Assembly (NCBI RefSeq): GCF_964355755.1
Contig: NC_092677.1
Coordinates: forward strand, 22,369,175 to 22,433,174
DNA: 64,000 nt
Reading direction: 5' to 3'
Source of the DNA: Antedon mediterranea
Lineage: Eukaryota; Animalia; Echinodermata
This document shows positions 10,255-23,773 of the stretch, in pieces. The notes below the pieces were generated by a model. The model saw nothing but the letters and a program-made list of their open reading frames with translations, ran no database searches and was not told the DNA's origin. The position numbers and the translations under genes are program-made. Each line of letters begins with the position of its first letter. The first letter of the stretch is position 1.

Positions 10255-12295
10255 CCGGCCGGCGATTTTTTTTTCCGTACGAGAGTTCCTCCATCGGTTC
10301 GTTTCGGACTCAATCGACTCTTCGGTAAGCCACCGATGCTCACTGATGCGTGACAGCAACCACAAAACGTGAGCAGCTTTTTTGCACGAGTGACAAATTT
10401 ATACATACTATACTAGAGGCCTAATACTATACTCACTGTAAATATAATAATAAATATTAATAGTAGTACTGAACGTCATTGTAATAATAATAATAGTCCT
10501 AGAATTTTAATAATATAATACTGTATAGGCAGCCACAAACCAATGTATGTACCATCAGATTCACAAACAGTAACACACACACAGCAGCAGCACTTTGTTG
10601 GTCGTCACAAGCAAGGCCTAGCTAGCCTAGCCCTACGTACGTGTGCTGCTTCAATGTAGTACATTCCATCTACTGTCTACAGTAGTAGTAGATGTTTTTA
10701 TCAAGAAAATTACAATTTTCTTCAGGTTTTTAAGTGTAACATTTGAAAAATTGTATACATTATAGGCCTAGTATTAGTAACATGTATTCTTGTAAGTTGT
10801 AATGTATAGAAACACATGCTTGCTTATAAAGCGTTTAATATTGTGTTAACTTAATTAAAACTCCAAAGTTGCCTATTATTAAAAGTCTGAAATCTTTTTT
10901 TCAAGATTGGGGATAATTAATACGTACACCTTTAACGTAAAATTTCCATTACCTTACAATATAAATATTAATTTAATAATATTATTTTAAAAGGTATAAA
11001 AAACATACACTGTGCATAGGAATTCCTACTGTACATAATCATTTTAAATTCAAAAGTAATACCTTGCATAGGCTTACACAAGCTAGGCTAGCTACAATAC
11101 CATAAACGATAAGAAAAGAGCCTCTCGTTCGTGACAAAAGGTCGTTCAACTTCAAAAAATAATATCTGAAACGACCTACTATTGGGTCGTAGACCTAAAT
11201 ATCTTCAATATGCTATTGGGTTCTTAATGTAATTACTAAGTAGGCCTAGTATTTATTAATTAATGTCATCAAAACTCGTATTAGTGTAGATTTATTTTAC
11301 TATTGTGAGAGCCTGTGTGAAAGTAAGGGCCTGTTTCTGCTGCAACTGCTCAAAATACGGTATAAAAATACGGTATAAAATACGGTATTTTTTATACCGT
11401 ATTTTTTAGTACCCCGTTTCTGCTAACAATACTTCTTGGGTGGTCGTGTTAAATTTCATCTTTTTTACCCAAATTGCCATTCATTTATTTGATCGATAAT
11501 TAAAAGTCGCAATAAAGGAAGTTTTACGTCTCACTTTCAACAGCCTAGGCCTAGTGATAGAGATGTTGTGAGAGCACAGAAACATCGTAATGGGGACAAT
11601 TAATTCGTTCCCTCCCCGAGTTATTGTATTTTGCAATGTTGTACTGCTTTCGCAGGCTCTTCAGCTTTGAGTTTACTTGCTTTGGAGACAAGTCTATTCC
11701 ATACTCCTGCTTTTTTATTTTAGAAATGTCTTTATAAATGTGGTTGTCCCTTTTATTACCTTTTAGTTGGCCAGACATTTTAGCTTCCCCACACAAATTT
11801 ATTTAGTAAAACTGTGACGTCTTCGCTCCACATTTTCGCCGAATATATATATACACGTGTGTAAAACAGCTAACAGCGACAGAAAATAAAAACACGAATG
11901 TTGACCTTTTGTCATGTAAAAAAAAAATACGGTATTTTTTATTGGCAGCAGAAACGGGTACAAAAAATACGGTATAAATTTGTAAATACCGTATTTTCTC
12001 CACAAATTTTGTGGGGAAAATACGGTATACAAAATACGGTATATTTTTTATGAGCGCAGTTTCTGCTGCCAAAAATATACCGTATATATACGGTATTCAA
12101 AAAATACCGTATAATATACGGTATTTAGTTGGCAGCAGAAACAGGGCCTAAGCTCGCGGTTTGTAAATGTAAATTGTATTATGTTGTCACGCATCAGTGA
12201 GCTGACTTTACCGAATACCGAAGAGAGTCGATTGAGTCCGAAACGAACCGATGGAGGAACTCTCGTACGGAAAAAAAAATCGCGTCCGGCCGGCC
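10255..12295. mobile_element. Element bounded by about 100-bp inverted repeats (outer ends not resolved), hosting a Harbinger MITE
   Basis: 10262-10327 is the reverse complement of 12216-12283 (ttccgtacgagagttcctccatcggttcgtttcggactcaatcgactc). gctcactgatgcgtgaca near 10338 is also mirrored near 12185. Confidence 0.6.
11327..12148 (-). mobile_element. PIF/Harbinger non-autonomous element with remnant Myb/SANT-like (trihelix) ORF
   Basis: TIR gggcctgtttctgctgc / gcagcagaaacagggcc, TSD TAA on both sides, many aaatacggtat subterminal repeats. Minus-strand frameshifted MWSEDVTVLL..VWG/EAK...NHIYKDIS...SPKQVNSKLKSLRKQY...SGRERINCPHYD (11833 to about 11580). Confidence 0.8.
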
Positions 12296-12795
12296 GGCTG
12301 CTGCATGCTGCTGCTGCCTGCCACCAGAGCACGAAAGTACCAGCAGTTGGCGCACGAGGCCGATGAAACGTACGTATGATTATATTAAAATTCTATAATA
12401 TTAATAATTGCTACCGCACTTTTGCATCTCTCTCGAGTGGTTACGGTATATGGAATGACTGTGAAGTTGTATGCCCAGTTGATTAAAGTTAGAGAGAGGC
12501 CTTGTTGTTGTGTGCGAATGTACAGTAGCGGGGTCTGTTGGTCCTAGCTAGCTAGACCGCGCCGGTTTACGATGAAATCGGTCGCGTCTTAAGCCCGTAG
12601 CCAGGATTTTTACAGAGGGGTTCTTTTTTTCCCAAAAAAGGGCACTTCTCCCCCTTATGAGAATTACCCTCCGGTATATAACCTTCCCCACCCATTGACT
12701 GCTTTATAAGATTTAGTATCAAACGTATATCAAAACACCACCAGTGCTGTTTTCCACCAGTGCTGTTTGTCACCAGCCACAAGAGAGGGTCACGA

Positions 12796-14825
12796 GTGTT
12801 GACAAAGTGCGAGGCAAGCGAGGCATGCCAAATATTTGTGCGAGGCATCATTTTATCATTTCCAAAAATGCGAGGCATATAGTTTACAATTTCAAAAAGG
12901 TGCGAGGCATAGCTTAACGTGCTATTATGCTATATTATAGGCCTAATAATCAATCGATACAAGCGTATCTAAATAGATTCGTGTATACACTCATCATGTT
13001 GTTTATTTTTATGTAACGATTGTTTTTTCATTCAAGTCATATCGTGTCAAATTTTACTTTTACAAAAGTGCCCAAACTACGGTTCAAAAATCTGAACGAC
13101 AGTCTTCAACTTTCGATAAACAATAATTGTTATAGCGACACAATCATCAAATGACTGCAATGTTTGTTGGCATTTCGAGCGTGTTCACTCACATGTCTCT
13201 CGAACATAGCAGAGTGAAAATAATATTTTGTCACACCCCTGCGCCTAGATCCGGTAGACCCGAGAGATGGAAAATCCCTCTTTACTATTTAGCAGGTAGC
13301 GGAATGATTCAGCCCTCAGCTCAGAGGATTGTGGTGCATTCCCCTCCTATAGCACGTGGTTTCAGCAGCAACGCACAGACTTCTCTCTGAGCGGTGTGCC
13401 AAAGACATTTTTGACATTCCATTCTCTAGGAACAACACGTGTACCTCTCTCGCAAATAAGGTGAACAGCGATTGCCAGGACAAGTTCAATAACTGGCGGT
13501 GAATAAAAGGTAACTGATATGCCGATCCAATAACATGCCGCAAAGAAAAAAATTGCGACAGAATTCTGGAGCGCGTGTGAAAAAAGACTTACGTCCGACA
13601 ATTGTAATACTAGGCCTAAAATTAAACTTTAGCTAATATGCTTAGCCCTAACCTAGATAAGAGGCCTATGTAGAAAATAATTTAATCAATTTTGATATAA
13701 TAATAATTGGTGTAATATTTAATAATGATACACTATTCCTGTTTTAGTAAGCTAGGTATATTACGAACGATTTTTATTTATTGTTGTCCATGTACGTACT
13801 AATAAACCTGGCGCTAGTTTCCTTCGCTTGTATTTTTACTCCAAATTTGATAACTAACTTTATCGTGTGAATACCACACCTTAGAAGTATACCTCATGAG
13901 TACTTTAATGAAAGAATCACATAAAAAGTAACAAATAAATCCTTAAATTAATGATTTTACAGGCGTGTTTCTCGCACACTGTTCGCGAATTTCACTTATT
14001 CAATGTTCAATATTTGTTTTTCTGTGGAGCGCCAAAAGAGCAACGATAATAGAGGACTAAATAAAACTCAGTGGAATGCGTCAATTTCTCATGCATTTAT
14101 TGGTGAAAAACACGTTTCATTTCAATATATTTGTTAATTTGTCAATAAAAATGTTGTAATATGTTACTGACTGATACTGTTCTGTTTTCAAAGAATAATA
14201 ATCGATCCTAAATCAACATCACTACCTAGTCTAGACCTAGGACATCCTACTAAGGATATTATGAGGAATTTTTCTATTTTATTCTTTAAAAGGTTAACGA
14301 AACCGTGTACATTATCAACAGTTACATTTTTCCTTACTGACAGTTGACAAAATCTATTGAAATTGTACTTGATTTTCACCAAATAATGCGTTAAATATAA
14401 ATGGATTCCACAGAGTTTTTAGCCCTCTAATTAATTTTGCTCTTTTGGCGTTCCATAGAAACCAAAATATTGAACATTGAGTGTGCGAAATGCGAGAAAA
14501 ACAACGTCTGTAAAATCACCAATTTAATGGATTTATTGTTACTTTTATGTGATTTTTCTTCATTAAAGTAGGCCTACTAATTCTAAGCTGTGGTATTCAG
14601 GATAAAGTTGGTTAAAATACAAGGCAGGTGCAAAAGGAAACTAGCCTAGCGGGCCTAGGCCTAGGCTACTTCAATTTCGGTGATTTCCTGCTTTGCAATT
14701 TTGAGAAATGATAAAATCATGCCTCGCATTTTTTGATGATGGTAAAACGATGCCTCGCATAAATTTCTGACTTGCCTCGCATGCCTTCCCTGCCTCGCGT
14801 GCCTCGCTGCCTCGCACTTTGTTAC
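12796..14825. mobile_element. MULE-like element with TGCGAGGCA-repeat TIRs and an internal foldback core (13812-14645)
   Basis: acaaagtgcgaggca at the left end and tgcctcgcactttgt at the right end, with several tgcgaggca copies in each arm. No TSD found; the right tip abuts the Tc1-like insertion. Confidence 0.6.
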
Positions 14826-15314
14826 TACAGTACAGATAAAAACTACTGCAACATTTGCCACGCGTAGGTAACGTAGTCTACGCGTGGCGGGTGCGTGGCG
14901 GTTGCGTGGCGTAGCATTCGTAGTGCGTAGGCTACGCGTAGCATTCGTGGCCTACGTTGTGATCAACTGTGTGTGGGAATTCCCCAAACTCAACTGTTTA
15001 CTGTGTACAAGTACATCGTCGACGGCTAAGCAGGCTACGAAAAGTTCGAATAAATAGAAATGATACGATTGTTTCGCCAATACAATAATATCATCATCAT
15101 TATTAAACATACTTGAAATTCAAATTTTTCTAAAGAAAATAGCAATTAAAATTGCTCAAAGCCTAGGCTAGACGCGAAAAGTCTAATTAACTAGGCCTAC
15201 TGCTGACTGCTGTACATTCACCATCGCCGGCCAGGCAGTAGTAGTGAACAAAATGAATTGATGACGGGGGCCGTTATTATGACTACCTTCCATAGTAATA
15301 GTATTAGTAGTACC

Positions 15315-16956
15315 CAGGCCTCGAATTTGGGGATTTTAGGGGCAAGGCCATTTGGCCTCCGGTTTTCGTTGATTTGAGGGGCACCAAGGCCAAATGGGAG
15401 GGCACCAAGGCCATTTGTTTTAAATCGAAGGGGCACCAAGGCCAAAATTAAAAAATATTTTAATAACTAGGCCAAAATTAAAAAATAGCTTGTTTCCGGT
15501 TGAGCGCCCGGGTGGAATTTTTTTCAAAAAAAAAAAATTCTACCCGCAAACATTTTTGGGGGAATTTCCCCTATTCATCAGATTGCGTACCGTAGTAGTA
15601 GTAGGAGAGGACTGTAATATTTATATATAATGAAATACAAAAAGATGTAGTGTATTCACGATCCATATAAATAATAATTATTAAGGTACGATGTTTAGCG
15701 TTCACAGTTGTTTCGTTTAGTTTCAAACAATGCGATAAAAAAAAAAAAAGGCATGTGAAGCCAGGCCCAACAGGTAAAGACCCTACACTAAGGCGCAGCG
15801 GACGGAGAACACAGGTTACAAAAACAATTTGTTTGTAGGCCTTCAACTATTCATACACAGAGTGTTAACCACGGTAAAAATCAAGCCAATGACATTATGT
15901 TGTAGAATATAAATTATTGTTATTTTCCGAGTTTCGATTTCTGAAGCTTTTTTGTTAGTATAATCCATATTCATAAGAATTCAAAACACGGACGGACGCC
16001 GACCCCTCTCTCTGTTTAGGCTTCTGCACGTGTATTGTGGACTATACCATTTCCTTGAGTTCGGTAAAAACGCGTTTGTTAATTTAGTGTACGACGTCGT
16101 TAAACAAGATTTTTCGATGATCTGTCGGCTGGATTATTGAGGTGGGTGCGATAAAATATAAATATAATATACTTCCAACGATCTTCGGGTTGAGGTACCG
16201 GTTTAACTTTAGTACTAAAAGTTGACACCCCTAATTTTACACGTATAATGGAATGGACTACACAATGCAGGAACGCACATGGTATTTTCATATCAGAGGG
16301 TGCGTGTACGTCAAAAGGAATTGTTTTTCCAACGACCGATCCTCTTCGTGTGAAATTTCTTATCAGAGGGTGCGTGTGCGTCAAATGGAATTGTTTTCCC
16401 AATGTATTGAATATCGCGTGTGCTTGATCGGTTCGGCGGCGGGAGGATAGGCTAGGCTAGGAGTGCGTGTAATTTTTTTTTCAACGAAGGCGGCTAGCTC
16501 GATTGTTGAGGCGGGGGTGGTGCGACTTTAATACTTTCAGTGACCTCCGATCGAGGAACGTTTTTAGCTTTATTATTAAAAGTGTACACCACTGTATTTT
16601 AATGTACTATCTATACCATTATTTACCACGCACGGCGGCCGGGACGATATTGTTTTGGTTATATAAATATGTATGTTCGATGTTTTCTCTAAGTAAATGC
16701 GTTTTTTAGGGAAATCCCCTTTGCAACGAAGACAGGCGATAGTTTTGCGTCTCGTCCGATATTCTTGACATTATTTTCTATCTACTTCAGTGGTTTTTAT
16801 TGTGGTAAAACTCGGGAAGGGCACTCACGGCCAACGCAAAAAAAAAGGGCAGGCCAGTAGTGGCCGTGGGTGCTATTAATTTTCGAGGGCATTGAGGCCA
16901 ACTGGGAGGGCACCGACGGCACTGGCCGCGGTGGCCGCGGTAAAATTCGAGGCCTG
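15315..16956 (+). mobile_element. hAT-like non-autonomous element with 6-bp TSD (hAT6-type), copy 1
   Basis: TIR caggcctcgaattt / aaattcgaggcctg, TSD agtacc (15309-15314 and 16957-16962), ggcc/gggca subterminal repeats. Confidence 0.8.
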
Positions 16957-16960
16957 AGTA

Positions 16961-17805
16961 CCGTATATTTCGGTGTATAAGTCGCACTTTTGACACGCAA
17001 ATTTGACCTCTAAATTAAGGGTGCGTCTTATACACCGAACATAAATGCCTCACCACACAGATTGTACATAGGCCTAGGCTATCACCTCGTTTGCTAGGCC
17101 TGAGTAGGCTAGGCCTAGCTACAGTAACTAACTAACGTAACGGCAACCTGCTTCTGCCTAGTTTTCAAGTCATTTCAGCATGATGTACAGTTATACTAAA
17201 TATGATGAAAAGATTTGTTCATTATGGCGCTCCGATAAAATTTTATTTGTAAACGTTTACGTCGTACGATTGGAATAGTATTTATTTATACAGTAGTTAT
17301 ACGCACGACCGCCGTACCCCAAGCGCAAGCCCTTATTTTGGTGGCCACATGGTGTACGGTATTCGACTAGTATATTCTCCAGGTGATTATAGCATGGACC
17401 TAGCGTACACACTTCTCGGATACATAGATACTAATCGAATACGATTGTCCGTGAAAACGCGCGCCCTCTCGAAATGATCAAGCGAGGCTAGCCCACACAC
17501 GTGCGTGTTACACACACGGTCATGCACTCGATGTTGCGGCGAAACTCATGAATAACAAGTTAGAAAGAACTTGTTGAGGCTGGGCGCGGCCGAGCCTAGG
17601 TAAGAAAAAACATAAATAAAGGATGCCGTTGTAGATATAACAAAATATATTATTACAATAATATTGATTACATTTTAAAAAAACATTGTTTTGATGAAAT
17701 ATAAGGTGCGTCTTATACATCGACGATATAAAAAATACCGATATTTTACTCTCAGTTGGGGGTGCGTCTTATACACAGGTGCGACTTATACACCGAAATA
17801 TACGG
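16961..17805. mobile_element. pogo/Tigger-like MITE, TA TSD
   Basis: TA|ccgtatatttcggtgtataagtcgcac ... gtgcgacttatacaccgaaatatacgg|TA (perfect 27-bp TIR); internal ggtgcgtcttatac repeats. Confidence 0.85.
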
Positions 17806-19238
17806 TAGGCCTAAAATTGCAAGTTAATTTTTTTATAAGTAATTAATACAGTACTCAGTATGTTTCATTTAAACAAAAAATATCCAGGTTTGAAACTGTC
17901 GTAACTGTACATCAAACTCCATTATTAGCTATTGTAACAACCTGCAGCAGAGGATCGGTGGAGGGTCAAGTTACAGGTCGTTTAGAACATCGTCATCAGC
18001 AGAGAGGAGGAGGATCGGAGGACACAATGTGCTTGCCTGATCTTGTTGTTTTGTTTTTTTTTAGTCATGCGCGATAATAGTAGATAGTATTTAAATAAAT
18101 GTAATTTTAGTTATAAATAAAAATAAATTATAATTAACATTTTAGGGTTAGGAAATATGCAAGACTTTATTTAATTCACAAAATTGAAGGTTAAAATCAA
18201 AACATAAAAGTACAGTTCAGAGAGAGTATCCATCCGCGGATCATAAACACGTGGATATAAACACACTGGGCTAATGAATTACGAATGGAGTGATCCGTCT
18301 CGATTTCCGTTGGAACAAAAATAATATCGTATTTGTATTCTTTTATTTTGACATTTACAGTATTTAAACAATTCATATTATCCCATAGTACTAAATAAGC
18401 GTAATATTTCATTTAAACGCATTTTTAAAACGAAACATCGTTCATTATAATTATAGCCTAGTAGTAAACAAACATAGTTCAGACAGTAGAGAGTTGAACT
18501 GCGCGATACAAACACGTGGCTGTCGTATCGAGGAAATATCCTTCTGTCACCTAGGCTATACCACATTATTTCACATTTTCACGCCATGTACATATAACGC
18601 TTGTACACAGTATGGATTATCATACAGTCTAGTACTACTACTAAGTAGGCCTATAAGTACTATAGGCGTACCACATATTTTAAAATTAAACTGTCGGTAC
18701 CGGTAACCCTACCTTTTTAGCTAGTAAGCTAGCTAGCTAGGCCTAGCCGGAGGCCATTTCACACAAACAGACGACGACCGCCGTACGTTGGCCGATCGGT
18801 GATAGATGTACACTTGTTCTTCTTTCATAAAAATAAATGTCCCATTTTAACACAACCAACACACAGGTAATTAATACTAATATTAATACATTTATTATTA
18901 CTTCACAGTAATTAACTCGCATTTTAAATTTGATGAAAACTAGTATTCAAATTCGTTAACAAATTCCGTGTGTGGTGCAGCAGCACAGTACACAATAATC
19001 TGAACATTGGAATTTCCCCTCCTAGCTCTCGCTTCGTAGGCTACGCGTAGACTACGCGTAGCATGTTAGCTTGCGTAGATTACGCCACGCGAAACCTACG
19101 AAGTTGCCACGCGTACGAAACGTGGTCTACGCGTCCAAATGTTGCAGTATTTATTATCTGTACTGTACCCCCTGACAAGACTAGACAAGTTATTTTTAAC
19201 ATTGACAAAATTCTACTACATTTGGCCAAAGAATATAC

Positions 19239-20331
19239 GGGTGTCACGAAACCTAAGACCACGAAAGCTAAGACCCCCTAAGACCTAAGATCACGAAAGC
19301 TAAGACCCAAGACCTAAGATTACAAATATTTATCTTTCGCACCTGCCTTGTATTTTAACTCCCAACATTTATTCTGAATACCACACCTTAGAATTAGCAC
19401 TTTTATGAAAAAGAATCACATAAAAAGTAACAAATAGAATTTAAATTGATGATTTTACAGACGTTTTTCTCGCACACATACTGTTTGCGAATTTCGCATG
19501 ACTAGCCTACAGTAGGCCTACCCCATGTTCAATGTTTTTGTTTCTATGGAACGTCAAAAGAGCAAAAATTATATAGAGGGCTGAAAACTCTGTGGAGTCC
19601 ATCTACAGTGTGGATGGAACAATGTAAAATTGTAATGATAATAGTATAATCATGCAAGTACGAAGAAATAAATACTGGCAAATAAATTTTAATTTAAAAA
19701 TCATGATAATAAGTTTTTTTGTTTCGTTTTCTTTTTCTGTTTTTATACTTGTACTATTATTGTTGCTCTTTTGGCGCTCCATAGAAACAAAAACATTGAG
19801 CATGGGGAGCTCGAGGAGTTACATTACTAACTTCAACAGTATACAAAGAAACACGTCTGTAAAATCATCAATTTAAAGGATTTATTTATTTGTTATTATG
19901 TGTTTCTCCTTCTGAAAGTACTTATAAGTCCTAATTTTAAAGTGTGGTATTCAGGATAAAGTTAGTCAACAAATTTGGAGTCAAAATACAAGAAAGGCAG
20001 GTGCGTAAGAAAAACATCCTCTGAACCAACACAATGGAGTAAATATATACCAACAAACAACCCATCAAGTTTGTTTGTTGTAAAGAAAAAATATACATTT
20101 ACTCAACGGGCGAAAATAATGTGAGTTTATCTATGTTTTGCGGTAGTATTAAATTATATTTATGGTAATAAATGAAACCTACTGTGTTTAAAATTATGTA
20201 TGGATAAACAAGTATTGTTTTTAAGCTGTAGTATATCTTAGAATTTGTAATCTTAGGTGTTGGGTCTTAGCTTTCGTGATCTTAGGTCTTAGGGGGTCTT
20301 AGCTTTCGTGGTCTTAGGTTTTGTGACACCC
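19239..20331. mobile_element. MULE/Mutator-like MITE copy 2 (inverted relative to 2169-3275), 10-bp TSD
   Basis: Same TIRs and body as copy 1. TSD aagaatatac at 19229-19238 and 20332-20341. Confidence 0.85.
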
Positions 20332-20418
20332 AAGAATATACTGTATATCACAAGAATGAGTAATCCGCGATTTTCCCTGTAACAGTAATATTGTCCATGT
20401 GGTAGGGCGCCGCCATAA

Positions 20419-21928
20419 GGCCAAATAAAAAAAAATACTTGTTAAGCGTCACACCCTCATAAATGTTCAGGGGCGGGGGGACGGTTTTTTTTTTTTTACT
20501 TTTTATGGAGGTATAATTTTGCGCGATGTACAAGATATATAGTATGTTTCAATTCAATGTTTTTTTAATAAATACACGTAGTCGGGAAGTTACTCCACAA
20601 AGCAGTCGGCGTGGAACGGTTGATTAGCCTACAGTTTAATTCGCCGGTTTTTTTAAATATTCTCCATGATTCATTCATACAGAGGAGATAAGAAAATCGC
20701 GCACAGCATGCAAAGCTAGCAAGCTGCATGCTAGGTTGTGATGTTCACTCAAGTGGAACTTGGGCGTACCGTCCACTCAGCATTAAGTACATGACAGTTC
20801 TGCTTGGTTGATTTTCAAAGCTGTGTGTTTTGTGTGCTAGGCTAGCTGCATTGTGCGATGTGAGCTTGTGTGTTAGCTAGAATATGCCCGATATTTCGCG
20901 AAAAAAAAAGGAATTTAGGGTGGGCGGACAGGTACGTCTGACGCTGGGCGGAAGGCCTTAAAATTAGCTTTAGACTCCGCCCTGCACAATTACATCCCTG
21001 TAGGCCCTAGGCTAATCCGTCCAAGCTGCCACCCCCGCCTCACTCATCGGCCATGGTCCGCCGTCTCTCGCTCGACTCATCTATCCAGGAAATTCCCTAT
21101 CGCGAGAAGCATGATGTTGGTCTCAATAATACTAAATAGTGGGCTGATTTTGAAAACAGCTTACGGCATTTCTTAAGTGAATTTTTATTCAACGTATTCA
21201 TTCTTCTTTGATGAATCCTTTGCCAATTGCTGTGTAAATCAGTATTTAAAGTTGTGATGCGAAAAGTGTGTGTAATTATTTCACAGGTAAACCAGGCATA
21301 TAAGAAAACGCATCGCCGGGCCCAACAGGACCTCGTGGTGTGCCGATCTCGAGCGCGAGATCATCGTAAACAAAATTGGTAGAGTCCATTATGTATGGGG
21401 TGTTTCCTATTTACGAACCTATAAAAAACGGGCTTCGACCACTGTGTAGGCAAAATATTTATTTCGTTAAATCCCTAAATTGATAATCGTGTATTCTGTA
21501 ATCACGTGACTGATGATGTAATCCTCAGCGACGTACTAAATGCACGTGAATTAATGTGATTCGCTGTGCTATTCGCGTTTCCTTGACGTCAATCGGCGGC
21601 GTGTAAATCACCAAATTGCCGTTGTTGTCGACATAGAGCGATCGGTGGCTAGCTAGCGTGGCTAAGCTAAGAAGTACCTATTTTTCAAAAATTACACCAG
21701 CCTAGCAAACATTTGCTAGTTTTGAAATTTTCAACTAGCAATTATGAAGAATCTACTAGCAAAATGCTAGTTTGCTAGCGTGAATTTTGAGCCCTGCTCT
21801 GGAGCTGGGCCGGGCCGCTGAACTTTCCGTTGTATGTGGGTAAAAAAAAAAAGAAAAAAAAAAAGAGAGGCGGCTGGATAATCAGGAGCGGGCGGTGACG
21901 CTTAACAAGTATGTTTTTTTATTTGGCC
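20419..21928. mobile_element. Zator- or Harbinger-type MITE, TAA TSD
   Basis: TAA|ggccaaataaaaaaa.atacttgttaagcgtcac ... gtgacgcttaacaagtat.tttttttatttggcc|TAA. Confidence 0.75.
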
Positions 21929-22052
21929 TAAGTGTGGATGTATCTGGGATGTATACAACTTTTTGTGACGGTTTCACTAATCAAAGGCTGGACCACCGGT
22001 AGTATTTTCATGATAACAAATCTTATCAACTACACGCCAACATTATGTTAAA

Positions 22053-23773
22053 CAGGCCTCGAATTTTACCGCGGCCACCGCGGCCATTGCCGTCGGTGCC
22101 CTCCCAGTTGGCCTCAATGCCCTCGAAAATGAATAGCACCCACGGCCACTACTGGCCTGCCCTTTTTTTTGCGTTGGCCGCGAGTGCCCTTCCCGAGTTT
22201 TACCAAAATAAAAACCACTGAATTAGATAGAAAATAATGTCAAGAAGATTTGTTTACACGACTCGGACGAGACGCAAAACTATCGCCTGTCTTCGTTGCA
22301 AGGGTATTTCCCTAAACGCATTTATTAATACACAAACAGTAAACAAAACATCGAACATTGCAATAGGGTAACCAAAACAATATCATCCCGGCCGCCGTGC
22401 GTGGTAAATCATGGTATAGATAGTACATTAAAATACAGGGGTGTAAACTTTTAATAATCAAGCTAAAAACGTTCCTCGATCGGAGGTTACTGAAAGTTTT
22501 AAAGTCGCACAAATCGAGCTAGCCGCCTTCGATGAAAAAAATATTACACGCACTCGACTCCTAGCTAGCCTAGCCTATCCTCCCGCCGCCGATCCGGTCG
22601 AACACACGCAATTATTCAATGCATTGGGAAAACAATTCTATTTGACGCACACGCACCCTCTGATAAGAAATTTCACACACAACGTCGTGTGAGAGTACGC
22701 GCGGAGAATCGGCGGATCGTTGGAAAAACAATTCCTTTTGACGTACACGCACCCTCTGAGAAGAAAATACCATGTGCGTTCCTGCATGGTGTAGTCCATT
22801 ATACGTGTAAAATTAGGGGTGTTTACCTTTAGCACCAAAGTTAAACCTGCACCTCAACCCGAAGATCGTTGGAAGTATATCATATTTATATTTGATCGCA
22901 CCCACCTCAATAATTCAGCAGACAGATCATCGAAAAATCTTGTTTAACAACGTCGTACACTAAATTACCAAACGAGTTTATACCGAATTCAAGGAAATGG
23001 TATAGTCCAGAATACACGTGCCGAAGGCTAAACAGAGAGAGAAAGGGGTCGGTGTCCGTCCGTGTTTTGAATTCTTATAAATATGGGTTATACAGTACTA
23101 ACAAAAAAGCTTCAGAAATCGAAACTCGGAAAATAACTATAATTTATATTCTACTACATAATGTAATTGGCTTGATTTTTACCGTGGTTAACACTCTGTG
23201 TATGAATAGTTGTAGGTAAGGCCTACAAACAAATTGTTTTTGTATCATGTTTTCTCCGTCGGCTGCTAGCTAAGTAAGGCTGAGTAGCTTGCTGTTGTAA
23301 GGGTTTTTATACCTGTTCCGGGCCTTACTTGGTTGGCTTCACATGCCTTTTTATCGCATTATTTGAAACTAAACGAAACATTCAACACAGGACGGTAAAC
23401 TATAAACACTGAACATCGTACCTATTTATTATTTATATGGATCGTAAATACACGTAATATTTATATGAAATACAAAAACATGTATTGTAGACAGTCCTAC
23501 TACTACTCCGCGATCTGATGAATAGGGGGAAATCCCAAAACATTTTGCGGGTAGAATTTTTTTTTTTGGAAAAAAATTCCACCCTCAACCGGAAACAAGC
23601 TATTTTTTAATTTTGGCCTAGTTATTAAAATATTTTTTAATTTTGGCCTTGGTGCCCCTTTGATTTAAAACAAATGGCCTTGGTGCCCTCCCATTTGGCC
23701 TTGGTGCCCCTAAAATCAATGAAAACCGGAGGCCAAATGGCCTTGCCCCTAAAATCCCCAAATTCGAGGCCTG
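22053..23773 (-). mobile_element. hAT6-type element copy 2 (inverted relative to 15315-16956)
   Basis: Same TIR and body as copy 1. TSD gttaaa at 22047-22052 and 23774-23779. Confidence 0.8.

Larger units (their letters stand above)
14828..19165. mobile_element. Tc1/mariner-like non-autonomous element, TA TSD, hosting two nested elements
   Basis: TA|cagtacagataa....tactgcaacatttg ... caaatgttgcagta....ttatctgtactg|TA, with ctacgcgtag subterminal repeats at both ends. Confidence 0.75.

Noticed and set aside
10146-12366. ORFs sharing SRLSPKRTDGGTLVRKKKS
   Set aside because: Produced by the two arms of an inverted repeat; no coding signature.
2631-19876. Repeated ORF MQVRRNKYWQINFNLKIM
   Set aside because: It lies within two copies of the same MITE and the frames diverge through indels.
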